Of a DNA stretch of 64,000 nucleotides, positions 1 through 13,200 are shown piece after piece (positions within the stretch are counted from its first letter, which is position 1; every line of letters begins with the position of its first letter). Below the pieces are notes generated by a model that saw only the letters and a list, made by a program, of their open reading frames with translations, did not search any database and was not told the origin of the DNA. The stretch covers positions 9,031,878 through 9,095,877 of the forward strand of contig CM082581.2 in the NCBI GenBank assembly GCA_040954595.2, in the 5' to 3' direction. Position numbers and translations under genes: made by a program. Source of the DNA: Balanoglossus misakiensis (taxonomy: Eukaryota > Animalia > Hemichordata).

Positions 1-3000
1 TGTTTTTGGAATGGGCAAAGATTCGTGCCACTGATAAGTAAATGCATCGGTATCTGTTTCTGCTCACGTCCAACAAAACTTCATACATAAATATCATTTT
101 AATATGCAACAGCCAGTCTGGAAGGAGGGAGGGGTCCCTTTAATTCCTTACAATCAGCTGCACGGACACGCCCACACCGACCGATTGAACGTGTAGACAA
201 AGTTGCATCAAATCACGATAAACCCTGGTCTCATATGACTTGAACACATTGATAAGCATCTTATGATTTTCTAAATGCTTCCTGAAATCTTTCCTATCAG
301 ATAAATTGTCGGCCAATCTTCAAAATTAGCCGTCAATCGCTATTCCCAAGAATTATGACATTGCATAGTTTGTATATGTAGCTCCGCATCGATTTTATTT
401 TATTTGGCTGCTTCAACAAAATACCATACGTATTGAGACCGAGGGTTTGCAGAACTCTACCGTCTGTCTTCGATACAGCTTCATTTGATTTGCTCAAGTG
501 AAATGTATGAAAACCGACATGAAAAGTATCTCAACGATGTTTATCTTATTTGCCCGCTCCAAATAGACACGGCGACAAAGCCCATATCTCTATCGATCCT
601 TTAAGTTGTCCAAACGAAATGGTTTGAACCTCGAGGTGATAAGTTATACCGACTTTTTTATTTGTATCGTAATTCTTCCCCAGTCATGACAAATAAATTC
701 CTGGGCAGATTAAATGTGACCCCACACATCATGCGCCAAACTGCCCATTACTTGTGCCCACAGGTGATAAATATTGACCGAAGGGAGAAAACCTGGCAGT
801 TTGGTCTAAATGAAAAAAAAACACAGCGTAAGCTCATCACACAGTCCTGACAACAGCATTCATATTTATTACTTCCATATTTATATTTTATGACGCGTTC
901 AACCTGAAACACGAAAACGGTGTATTCTTACATATGAAATGCACGTTTCTTTCAATATGATATTCTGTTTCGTTGGTCCTACTGATTTTGGAGATTGAGT
1001 CGTAAGACAAGACGCGGACGTACAGAATAACGTGTTTATTGCAACTGCACGGGTGGAAGTTTAAACAGCCCAGCATTCAGTATCAATCGAGAGTATTTCA
1101 TGCTCAATTTATGGAAATGTTAATATTTCATACCGTCTTTGATTCATCGTTCTTGCTTGAATTTTGAATGAAGACGGGCGGATTTATATGGACAACTTGA
1201 GTCACGGTATGTTCCGCGTCTAACCGAATAAAATCAATGTCTGATGTCGATTTTCCTTCTAGGCTCCCAATGGCCGCGGTGCCCAGTCCGCAGTGGGGTT
1301 GCAGGGAGGACGTACCAGTGTCCGTGCTTTCTGACAAAAAAGGCTGTCCGGAAGAGATTGACACATCCAAGGTGTTAAGAGTCAAGTCAAGTTGCATTTT
1401 GTTGTCAAAGTAAGTTAATAAATTAAAGCATTAGCCGAAGGCGATTAATTGAAATCATCGCCCTCCTGAATCCATGTTTTGAATTTTCATCAACCGAAAG
1501 CTCAGAGTTGCGCTTTGTAGTCTGTTTCCGGTTGCCCCGTCAAATGTTTTTCCCTTCGCTGGACAAGACACGATTCATGTCAGGATCTTGTTTGGAATCG
1601 AGAGGGACCGACTCTTAGCGCATAGAGACCCTCTCATCTGTGTATATTCATTTAGCAATTGACACATGAAATTGCTTCGAAGGGGGAGAAGGGCTTGACT
1701 AATATTCCCATCCGGACAGAAGAACACTGGCGGCGATGACATTCCGTCAGCTGGGGACCTATTCTAAGTTTGTTGTTCAATTTCTTTCATCTTGATTGAT
1801 GCTCGTCACTTTACGTGGTATATGCCAGCGTTATTTTATTAATCGCCAGGTGTTTATCGCCGTTTCTTCGACAGAGCGGACATTAATTGACCCTTTCAAA
1901 AACGCCACCTTTTATTTCCCTTTGTCTAAAGGTAATACCCTTACCATACATTTTTTTGGTTTGTTGACAAATCATAATTAGATGTTGACAAATCAAATGC
2001 CATAATTAGAAAATCTATGCTATCACATCGAACAACACTGTGTCACTGCTGGGCACTGCATTTTGCATCCTATTATATTCGCAAGGCAAATACATGTACA
2101 CGTAAAATATCAACTTGTATCCGAATGGCGCCACCACAGACAAGCGCGTTCTTATGGCGATTTCAAATTCGTTTGACATACATAGAGTGATATACACTCG
2201 GACAGTTTCACTCCCCGTGCCTACTGCAACAAATGCCAAAGTTTTAACTCCCAGTGTCAAAGTTTGTCAGAAAGTCATCGTCGCGTTTGTGAGCGTATTC
2301 CTGTAAATGATCTTAACGAGCAACACAGCATGACGTCACTGAAGTGGGAGTGTTGGACGGTCGCTCGGCCCTGCCATCACAATGGTAGATGGCTTCGTAT
2401 GGTGGTTGGCTTTCTATATAATTAAAGTGGAAGCGTTCTCTGTAATTATGGCCTTCTTTTGGTATTATGGCGGTTGATAGCTTTCCCCGCCATAATAATG
2501 GCAGATTGCTTTTTGTGTGCTGGAGTATAGCGCCATTAAGTTGAGGTGGTAGATACCTTTCACTGTCATTACGGTGGTGGTGGAGAGTTGTATCTACGGT
2601 GAAGATCAATTTATACGTATCATTCCGCGGTAGAAAAGACTAGGTGTTCTGGCGCTTCTTTCAGTTTACCCCCGGTTTGCTGATTTTCTCTCGCGTCTTC
2701 CCTTCCGTTATCGTTTGTTTTTGTTTCTCGTAAGTGTAGAGCTCGCTCCTTCGCAGAGAACGATATCGCTTACATTGGAAATGTGAATTCATCATTTTTG
2801 ATGACAGAAAAGATTCGCTGGTTCCGTGATCGCCATTGCACGAAGAAAGCTGCTTCCTTTGACGAGGTGACCGCGAGAGTTAGCCGCACCAAGTGTTCTA
2901 TCGTCAACAGCGACGATTTTATAAACTGTATATGTACAAAGAGCGTTCGTGCGACACCCCAAAAAGATGCAAGTTGTCACGTTGATAGCGTGACGCCAAT

Positions 3001-5612
3001 AGGTGTAGACACAGATCTCCATCTCCATCGACTGAAAGCTAATGCATTTAAGAGGGGGGGGGTCTGTGTCTCCCTACCTACCTTCTCTCTCCTCCCCTCC
3101 CCTTTCTCCCCTCCCTCTCTCCACCAATTATTTAGTTTAGTTTAAAACCGCCAGAACAGAGGAGACTGAATTCATTTGGAAGAAGACGAGCTTATACTCT
3201 TTGACTCCGACTGGAGAGAGTGGCGCCGCCCATGCATCCATCACTATCCAACAACTGTCTGTGAGCGTGCCAGCTTTATAACACTAGCATGTTATTCATC
3301 ATGGAATCTTGTCCTGTTGATGGTCACATATCTCCATTTTGACACCATCTTTCATATCCGGACCCCGACGCTGATCGAAAGTCTGCGCCCTTTTCCTTTC
3401 CCAGCCATGCAATTTTTATCAAGCACTCGTGAATTCGCGCTGACGGCGAGGGAAACAGTCTCAAATACCGTTTAGAAAAACCAACATTCACACGTCGTCT
3501 CGTCAAATAGCTTCTAATCGTTACTCTCCTATTTGTTCAATAAATTTGCTAAACAGAGAAGTCTGTTAATTTCTTTTTGTCCGCTGTACTCTATCAACGT
3601 TTATTGTACCCAGGGACCCTTTGCAGACATCATCATTAGTGAGGCTATCTCTGGGGCTTTGGGGCGATTTCAGTTTATCGCCAAAAGCCCCTCGCTTGAG
3701 TTCCACTCTTTGTATTTTAAAAGCCAAACTACAGAGCATGTAAGTTTGGGACGGACTAACCATTAATCATTCCCCCCGTTTGCCATGTCGATTTCGCGTC
3801 GGCGTGTTGTAGATTACAGTGGGCAAAAAACAGTTAAGTTGTTAGGTACCGGGGCAAACGCTGTCCTGCGCCGTGATTCATTCATCAATCTCGCTTTTCT
3901 ACTGCCAGAGCACTGATGTATTGCACTTATTAAAGCGACACTAGCCCCAAACATTTGATATACATTCTTGTTTATATCTATTCTGTGTGGCAACCAATCT
4001 TTGTTCTTATATTCCACCAGACGACGCCCATCATTCGGTTTGCGAGACTGTAATATTCTTATTGTATTATGGGTTATATATTACACGCACTCCTAAATTA
4101 TACTGAATCTTTCTCTAAGAAATTACCATAGGGGTGACGTACTGCAAGAGCTTCACTGGCAACTTGTACGAAAGCGTTTCAATGTTGTTGGAATTGCTGA
4201 TCACGTGATCACTATTTGAGGTTTCCCAATTTTAAAGGCCCAGAGCTCTAAAGACAACGCTTTTTTATACATAAACCACAGTTTTTTTTATTCATTTCAT
4301 AATTTAAATTTTATCTGTCTGTTTCCTAATTTCTCTTATCTATCTTTGCAAATTATTAAAGCTATTTATTTATTTATTTAGTATTATATTGCCTGCCAGG
4401 TACATACTTGCAATAATGTTTTACCGATTGCATGAAAATGAAATAAATAATTTAATAAAATGAACGCACATCGAACAGGTAAAATATTTTACAATTCAAC
4501 GAATAGAATAACATGGGCCATGTGAAGACATTGCAACCCCAGCACAGGCGCACTCTGTCAGCACTTTGCCGTGATGGTAACAATACCAAGATGCTTTGGG
4601 ACCCCGGCGACCACATCACTGTTGTTTCCACGCGTAACCACTACATGGGATTTTAGTTTTCCAGCGAGGTGTACGAGCATATACAAACATACCGTATTAC
4701 GGAGATGTTTTATTTCACTTAATACATTTGTGTTTTTCTTACAATCGGCATTCTTCTTTAACACGAACTGTAAAACAACGTGTAGCCGGTACTTCGCCAG
4801 AGTTCCCCTCTCGTGGGACGGTTTCATTGCAAATACCCGGCGCGGTTCTTTTGCACCGTCGATTAGAGCGGCGTACATATCGAACAAATGTTTTGCAAAA
4901 GTGGCTCTAGAAATCCAGAAAGTTTACTTAGAACATCGAAAACATGACGACACTTAAGTGAGAAGTAGTGTTTTCGCTTTAACCTCTCGGGGAAGGGGCA
5001 ACTCACAGGTCAATCCCTTCATTTACTGTATTATTCCGACTTGCCCGGGTTTAAAACAAACATTTTTTGAAACCCCACAGCCGATCCGACCTCATCGATT
5101 TTAATGAGTTGATCTTGGTTAAAATAAAATCTTTGTTAGACATCTAATGGTCACGATGTACAACCGAACAGAACTTAAAACGACATTTAGTTGTGTTTTT
5201 GCTTATATTTAAAGGAACAGGGCACGTGCGCGTCAATTTTGATATTGTCAAAAATCTGTGAGTCGTTTCTTGGTTTCTTTTTGTGTTTATACAGCATACT
5301 GGTACCCACATGTTAAACGGAGGCCGTCGTTATTGTTGATAATTGACTTTAAGTACACTGACTTACATTCAGTTGTAAATAATTTTTAAACAAAGCGATT
5401 TAGTACACAGGCTACACTCTCATGTCTCATAATGGGTGTGTCACTGTTCTCACGGAGAACAAGAAGCCATCAATGTAAAACAGAACAAACATTATGAAAA
5501 CATCAACCAATGTTACAGTTGCCGCCCCATTAAAAGTGTCCTCGGCGCACGTCATTGTCCTTCTGTTGTGTTTCAATACTGAAAGCGACTTTTAACAAGC
5601 TGCGTGATGAAG

Positions 5613-5980
5613 TTATGAATAAGTGAAACGATTCATTGTTTTTAAAGAGTCTAAAACATGGAACTGTGGCACCCTACCTCACTTGCTTTTGTGTTTATTA
5701 TGGACTATTTTCAAAGTTGCCATATTGTACAAAAGTGCTCATCTTTTCTGTTGGTCACGGCCAAGATTGACTTATGAATAAGTAAACGATTCATTGTTTT
5801 AAAAGAGACCAAAAAACCTAGAACTTCGGCATTCAACGCCCATTGCCTTTATGTTTCTGATGAATTGTTTTAAAATTTGACATCGTGTACAAAAGAATGT
5901 ACATCGTCTTTGTTTGTCAAAATCTGGTGTTGATTTAGCATCGGTGCATTCATACAGTTTGACAGTCACGGCCAAGATTG
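5613..5980. repeat. Diverged tandem duplication of about 160 bp (5613-5771 and 5772-5980)
   Basis: Both copies start TTATGAATAAGT(G)AAACGATTCATTGTTTT, share TGTACAAAAG and end GTCACGGCCAAGATTG. Copy 2 carries about 50 extra nt. Confidence 0.85.
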
Positions 5981-8204
5981 CTTGATAACGATGTTATCTC
6001 AAATTTTGTCGTATCAGACGGACGTACTTAAGTTGATGACTGGCATGTAATAGATGTGCTCTCTCCCTCTCTATTTGTCTGTTAATTTCAGCAGAGTGGC
6101 TCATGTGATCGTGTTCACGTCGAATTTTGACGATTAGTTGTATTGAGGTGTTCGTGAAGCGCGGGAGAGGGTTCAGAAACCGTTCGATGTGATGGGTGCG
6201 TTTGGGGATGGGAAATGAGTTAAAATGGCGGGTGTGGGATGTTTTGCGGCTCTGGGAGAGATAGCGTACACAGCCTTGGCCGGTGCAACTGTTTCAGTGT
6301 AGATGACGGTAGAAATTGATGGTATGGGGGTGGTGATGATGCTTGTGGAAGCACATTTAATAATAAAACTCACGCCGTACGTTTTAGCTCTCCCATACAT
6401 TTTCACATCTTCCTCGCCCGAGCGAGCGATCAAGTCACCAAGCACCGAGCCAGGTCGCCCGCGTGGCGCAGAGAGCGACTCCACCAGTCACCGGCGTCTG
6501 ACTAGCACATTTCCAACGCTGACAAAAACCGATGACTTCGGTAATGAAAACTGACACATTGCTAAAAATAATAATAAAAAGAACTTACTTAAATATGAAA
6601 CTCCAACTGCGCAAATTTCTTTCTTTCATACATGAACGGTTCGATCATCGATTACCATGGTAATGTCATGGAAATTTAAACTGATGGATTGGGGTCTATA
6701 ACTTGCTTGCTGTAAGGCACTATTACATCTAGTTAAATAGCTGTACAAAGGACTCGTCGGGAAATTTATAGATATTAACAATATGAGTGATGGCCTCCCC
6801 ACTTCATAAAAATCCAGTCGCCATCCAAAAAACAAACCCAGCGTTGTCCCTGTCTGGTGACAAAGCCAACATACATCAAAACTTTCGACAGCATTTGAAA
6901 AGGGGAGAAAACGCAAACTCTTTATTTTACAAGTGTTTTAGTTAAATAGAAACCTCCTTTGGTTAAGCAGGCAGCAATTTCTTGTTGCTAGGCGACCGGA
7001 TGAAATTTCTTTGCTATCTCTCGATCAGTGTAACAAACAAAGGGCGCTGCAGTGTGCCGTGGCTTCTTTTTTTTCTAAAATGGATGCAAAAGATAATATC
7101 TCGCTGCATCTGATGCCCGAGCAGCGCGAGCAGCGACTGTTATTATGGGGGTTACACTTATTACTTTGACGGGTAATAAATTCGATCTATCGAGAGGGCC
7201 CGAGCATCGCTCCACTCAACTCAACTCCCGACATGTGTATAGACCTTGTTCATTTCGTGGCCGGCCTTTTGTTTCAACGAAAGAAGGGAAAAAAAAAACA
7301 GAGCGGCGAGTGCGCATCCCGCCTTCCGAACCATTACCCAAAGTCTGTCAGTTCGCCGTATATTGTTTTCTTCATTTCACGCCAAATTTGATCCCTGCTT
7401 GCTGGAGATGCTGATTACATTGTCACGCATTTTCCCCCTGCATCCACGTGTATTAATATCCATCTAAACAACGCTAATTCGCCTGTACATTTCATACCCA
7501 TATAGTTAAGCTCGCCAATAAATTTCCAGTAGAATTAATTCTCGAAGATATGGTAATTGATTGCATTCCTAAATTGCCAAGAACGCGACCACGTGATCTT
7601 TAGTTAAGTTTTTCGCCGTGGAAAACAAGTCGCCAGTCTGGGGGCTGTCTGGGTGATTAATCCATTTAGATACACTTAACCGTTTTTTATTTGTGCTTCC
7701 TTATAATTGGTCACTTGGTTTTCAGTAATTTTGGCTTCTAACATCGTCTCAAACATAAATCTAAGAGTTCTTTTGTTGGTGTGTCATGTTGAACCTGTGA
7801 TAAATTTACAAACAAAATCAGCAAAGTTCAATGCTATTTTGAGGGAAATATTGCATTTTTGCGCTTCCATCATGTGATCTGTGGAACGCTCCGTAATAGA
7901 TTTTCAGAGAACGAGTATACGATGAAATCGTTAAATGAGTCTTTGCCCCGCCCTCGGGCTTTTCCTCCTTGCATAGACACTATTATCATGGAGAGGTTGC
8001 CAGGAGCGGTTTCATCCTTAGTCAAATCGAATTTTCACGTGTTTGTCTCAGATTTACGAGGAAGAGCGATAAGAATTCATGTATTTCGTGAAGTGGGTCA
8101 GAGTAGGGCGCATGCTCTGACACCTTAGGTTAAAGTGTACACGTTATAAACGCAGAGAACTGCCTGTATATGCTCTATGCTATTCAGTTGCCATGAACGT
8201 GATC

Positions 8205-8235
8205 GTGTGTGTGTGTGTGTGTGGGGGGGGGGGGG
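8205..8235. repeat. (GT)n microsatellite followed by poly-G
   Basis: Visible directly. Confidence 0.9.
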
Positions 8236-8419
8236 TATTTTCGGTAGCGATATTTTAATCTGAATGTAGATTTTAATGTACAGCTAGCCTTTGCATGCGT
8301 TTTACTGTGAATTTTTTATATGTTTTTTTTTTAAATTGGAGAGTTGAAAACGTTATTTTCACGGCAGCGAAAATGTAGCATACACCGGCGTGTGATGGAA
8401 AATACACTATAAATATGAG

Positions 8420-8510
8420 TCAGACAGTCACACAGACAGAGGGAGAGAGGGAGAGAGAGAAAGACAGAGAGAGAGAGAGACAAAGACAGACAGGCAGACA
8501 TAGACACAAG
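8420..8510. repeat. GA/GACA-rich low-complexity tract
   Basis: cagacagagggagagagggagagagaaagacagagagagagagacaaagacagacagg. Confidence 0.8.
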
Positions 8511-10137
8511 GCTAACGAAATCGACATGATCTTCAGGACTTGACGACATCAATGATTTCAATCTTACACGTTTCAATACTACGCGTGTGGGATCAACTGA
8601 TATACGATTTTTTTCTCTCTCACAAAGTTGATTTACAGCTAGACTGATGATTGGAAATCACAAAAAGCTTTCACAAAGAGATAGGACCGTAATCCTCGCT
8701 ACCCATACACGGCGACAGACCCCGCCATCAGCCAGAGCCGGTGACGTCACTTCTTCGGAGTTTAAAATATCGAGAACTTTAATTTTTGCGATTGAAAAAA
8801 ATTGATTAACTCTCACGATGGCGTTTCGAACAATTTTCTTGAAATTTAATGCATTTTAAAAAGGCACATATGCTTGATCGACTCGTGTTTTACCATGTTG
8901 ATAATTTTTTTTCGGATTCGGAGCAAAACGGAAAATAGGCGATTAAAATGTAAACGAGCGAACGGAAACATAGGTGCTCAATTTCTTATGTCGTTTAACA
9001 ATTTGATAGAGGCTGTCTACTCTATTTCATCCAATGAATGTTGATGTCCATTACATAAAAGATGTCAACGGTATTGCGGAGCCTTTTAAGGCTATCTCCA
9101 TGGCTTGCCAATCTTTCAACTTTTTTTCTTTCTTTTTTTTCTAAGAGGTTAGGTTTTTCATTTACCTTATCGTACCCATCAGCTCTTAACGCGCTCAACT
9201 AGCCAAAGCAAACAGTCGCTCCTAATCTCTAACGCAATCGGCAAATATGTCGCGATCGCCTGGATGTTATTGTTGATATTTTTAACTTTCTTGTAAATTT
9301 CCTCCGCCACGAGATTGAAATTTCCTCCAACTTTTGCCAAGTTTGTTGAGTTGACGTCGAGCGAATTCGTTCTCTTCAATGTAGTATTTTTTGCGGAAAG
9401 TCAGAAACTAGGACAAACAGATGTTTTCATTTCTTTATGTGTCGCTCTCGATCGCTTTTAATGCTCAGTTTTTTCATCAATGATTCATAACTATTACATC
9501 CTCCCAATAACCCGGGGTGAGTTTGCTTCGCGGCCACAATTAGAAATATACACAGCACCAGCTGTGGTTGATGAACCAACAATAACAAGAACGCGGTCCT
9601 CGCGTTTTACCAACGAGAATCCACACATTAACCAGGATTATTTTTAGCTTTTCTTCTTCTCAAAATGTAGAATGTCTAATTTGCGGGAACGGTTCGCAGA
9701 TTCACACGATGTGCACTTCGTTTGCCACGATATGGCGTCGGTTATCCAAAGTCGATAGTGTCGTATAACATTTCCGTCATTGTGTTTCCCTTCACTGAGA
9801 AGTGATGCTGTTTAAAGGCGCATGTTTGAATCACATATACATTGTGCCCCCTTTAAAACGGTGCCATTGTCCGTGACAAAGTGGGACAGTGTATATTGAT
9901 CGACTTGTTTTCCTTTTGGTTTCAGTCGCCCAATGATCTGATCGATAACCGAATGCTCTTTTTGCCCGCCCGCCTGCCTGTCGGTTTTGTTACGTGTATG
10001 ACAGTATGAATGAAATTAACCAGATCGACGGTTAGATGGTTTGACGCTCAACTGCCGCGGAATACAGAGGCTCCGGTCCGCTACTTCTGTTTTTTTGTGG
10101 ATCCCCAAATCAACTTGAAGCAACCCAAACAGATCAT

Positions 10138-10138
10138 C

Positions 10139-10188
<50 letters not shown>

Positions 10189-10220
10189 CGACGACGACGA
10201 CGACGATGACGACGACGATG
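10138..10220. repeat. Compound (AAC)n-(GAC)n trinucleotide microsatellite
   Basis: About 17 AAC units then GAC/GAT units. A degenerate AAC tract continues at about 10280-10340. Confidence 0.95.
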
Positions 10221-13200
10221 AAAAATGTTAAAGCCATGGCAACATACTAATAATACTGTCATTACACATTTTTAAAATAAACAGCAACAACAACATCAAC
10301 AATAACAACAACGAGGACAATAATAATAACATCAACAATACTGTGTTTCAGTGTTGCCAGTCTCACTGAGCACGCTCTCACTGTGTATCAGTCATCAGCG
10401 AATACGAAAAAAACACTAATTCAATGTCAACCGCCAACTACCCAATTCATCACATTACCGGTACAAAGTAGAAATTGTCCCTTCAGTTTAAAGGATAAGC
10501 TTATCATTAAGTGAACACAATTTTAGTCCCGCGTCATCCAGGATGGAAATGGCTGTCAGTTTGTACCTGGCCCATTTTTCTGCTCACTTAATTGGCCCAT
10601 TAATTAACACTTAAGTCTTTAGTTAATTACTGGATGATCCCTTGACTGGATAAACACCCAAACAAGTAATTAAAGATTCAATCAGTTAATTTTAGTAGTT
10701 AACTAGTTAGTTTAAGTTAGCTAATAGGTTTAGACCTTTGTTTTGCTAACTGTAATAACTGTTCGCGTAGCAAATATAAAACATCTGGTGTCGTAAATTC
10801 ATCACACAAATGCCAGAAGTGAGTTCAATTAGCTGATGGGAAATGGCTATAATTAGCAAAACATTTATATTAGTGACTCTTCCCTAGGCTAATACAGGAA
10901 TGATTAAGTTGTCCATTTCATAGGCCGATCTCTTGGTGCCACGTGGTAATTAAACAGAAAATGCAAAAGCATCTATCTGGAAACGATAATCGGCGCTGGA
11001 GCTTTGGACTTTAATGTGTCGCTTTCCCCCCGTCCCGTTTTGCGATAAATCGATCGCCCGATTCCTCGAATCACTTTCGTTGGAGCTGTCTTGTGATCGG
11101 CGACGGGGGAAGCAGCGCTAACGAGATACTGTCGATCAGTCGACTTAAGTATTTGTCCACAAAAAGCAGTTTTATAAATTGTCATCTTAGCATCTCGAGT
11201 TAATGATGGAACTAAAGATAACTATTAAATGCGAATGGGGAAAGTGCAAACATCAATTCTGAAATTGATTAGATTTGTTGGACGAGATTGATGAAACCCA
11301 TTTACCTTCTATCATCGTAAAGTATTGAACGCAACTACACAAACCTTTATTCCTCAAATTGATATCAGCGATCACAGATTAAGCATTTTCTATGATATGA
11401 GAAGTCTCCATGTGATGGTCTGACGAGATAAGACCGTTCCCTTTCCTTACTGCTTCCTGGCTATAACATCTCGCCGCGGCTCGCGCTCGCGCACGCGGTT
11501 GCCATACCTACCGGAAATGGAGCGAATTACGTGGTTCTACTTAATGTGCAAATGGAGGTGGAACTTGCGTGGCTCTCTGCGAAGACTCCTGGTAACCTAA
11601 GGGATGCCTGGGGAATTCATGTGATAAATTGAATAACAAACCAAATATATCAACTCCAAGAAGATGGGTGCAAATGGAATATTACCAAAAGTGACGTTAC
11701 GCATGTCTCTCGCTTGTACAAAGACAACCTGGATGGTCCCATGGGGGCGCCCACTGACATCCCACGCCTGTCTTGCCCAAACTATTTGTATCTGTACAAA
11801 CTCGCTTTGCTTTCGGGGATAAATTTTTAAAGCGGTGTAATTGCACTGTCGAACTGGGGACTATCTTTTGGCAATTGCCTTGTGCTTTGATTCTTTTCTC
11901 CCAGGAATTCGGCATTTTTTTCGCCAGGCGTCAAAAAAAGAAGAGGAGAGCGAGTGAATACAAAGGGCATCGGAGAGGAGTAATATGATATTTTGTAGGT
12001 AGTTCATCAACTTCCAAAAGGCAATTCCAAGTGTTGTGAATCTGTTCTCGGTTTTAACATTCAGCATCAGTCTCTTACTATATGCGGAGTCCCCCAAGCC
12101 AAGAGAATCCTAGACTAGAAAATGACAACCTGAATAATACTGACGAAAATAAAAAAAATACCCGAGGTTTATGCTATTTTTGTTATATTTCATGTTAAAC
12201 TAGTTTGACCGCTGTGACAGATCCTCCCTCGCCATTTCATGCGAAACATTGTAAAGGGCGTTACAGCCATGCAGCCGACACACTTGTTACCAAGTCCGGC
12301 AACCTGTCTTGTTGCATTAAGCGTCAACTCCGCACAATAAATCGGTCCAATTCTAGGAGACTGCCGTTACAGTATCTGAAGATTTATTGAACTTGTCTCA
12401 CTCAATCTAGGCACGAGTATAATTGAAGTGTGTATAATTTCCCCGGGAGTTTATATTCGTGTGATTGGTTAGCCTGTTTGTTGACGACAATGAGAAACGC
12501 GGACGCGCCATTCAAACCTTTTAGAGGCGACGTTGAAAAACATACAAAGTTGACTGTCATTCCGTTTACCATTTGACATTGCGGTCACTTCATAACATCT
12601 GCATGGCGCGCCGCTGTGCTGTGCGTTCCCCTACGCAATATTATCGCTTCTTAGTATTTCCCTGCCAGATAGAAAATTTCATTTTTTTCTCGCTGTCATT
12701 TATAATTATTGGTCTACATTCAGAACTTCGACAGATGAACTCCCATGATTCATTGTTTTCGTGAGCCGACAAAACGGACAGGAAATGATGTATTTTACGA
12801 GTCATATGTGAATATTCGGTGCTTTAAACCATGAGACAGTCAATTTCAATTGTGGTTTCGTCTCGCCATTGAAACTGCAACGGGTGCGTGTGTCTGATAT
12901 CTTTGAACATGTTTTGTGTTCTGACGGCAAATCGCGCCTGTCTGTTGGGCCCAGTCAATGCTGCGGATCCCTCCCACAAACACACCGAATTCAGGAGAGC
13001 ATAAAATAACATTAAAACTTTGATTCTATTCGAACGTTTTGATAGACGCAAATGGTTTGTAATATTTCCTGAGAAAATGATATTCCATATATGACCATTT
13101 AGTATATATAGAAAACGCCAAATAAATTAACCCGTTTCTGGAGCTTTCATTGGAGGGACGTCGCGACAAAGTCGACATTTATAAAGCTATCAAAAGCCGA

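Noticed and set aside
10010-10237. Poly-N/poly-D and poly-V ORFs
   Set aside because: These are translations of the AAC/GAC microsatellite.
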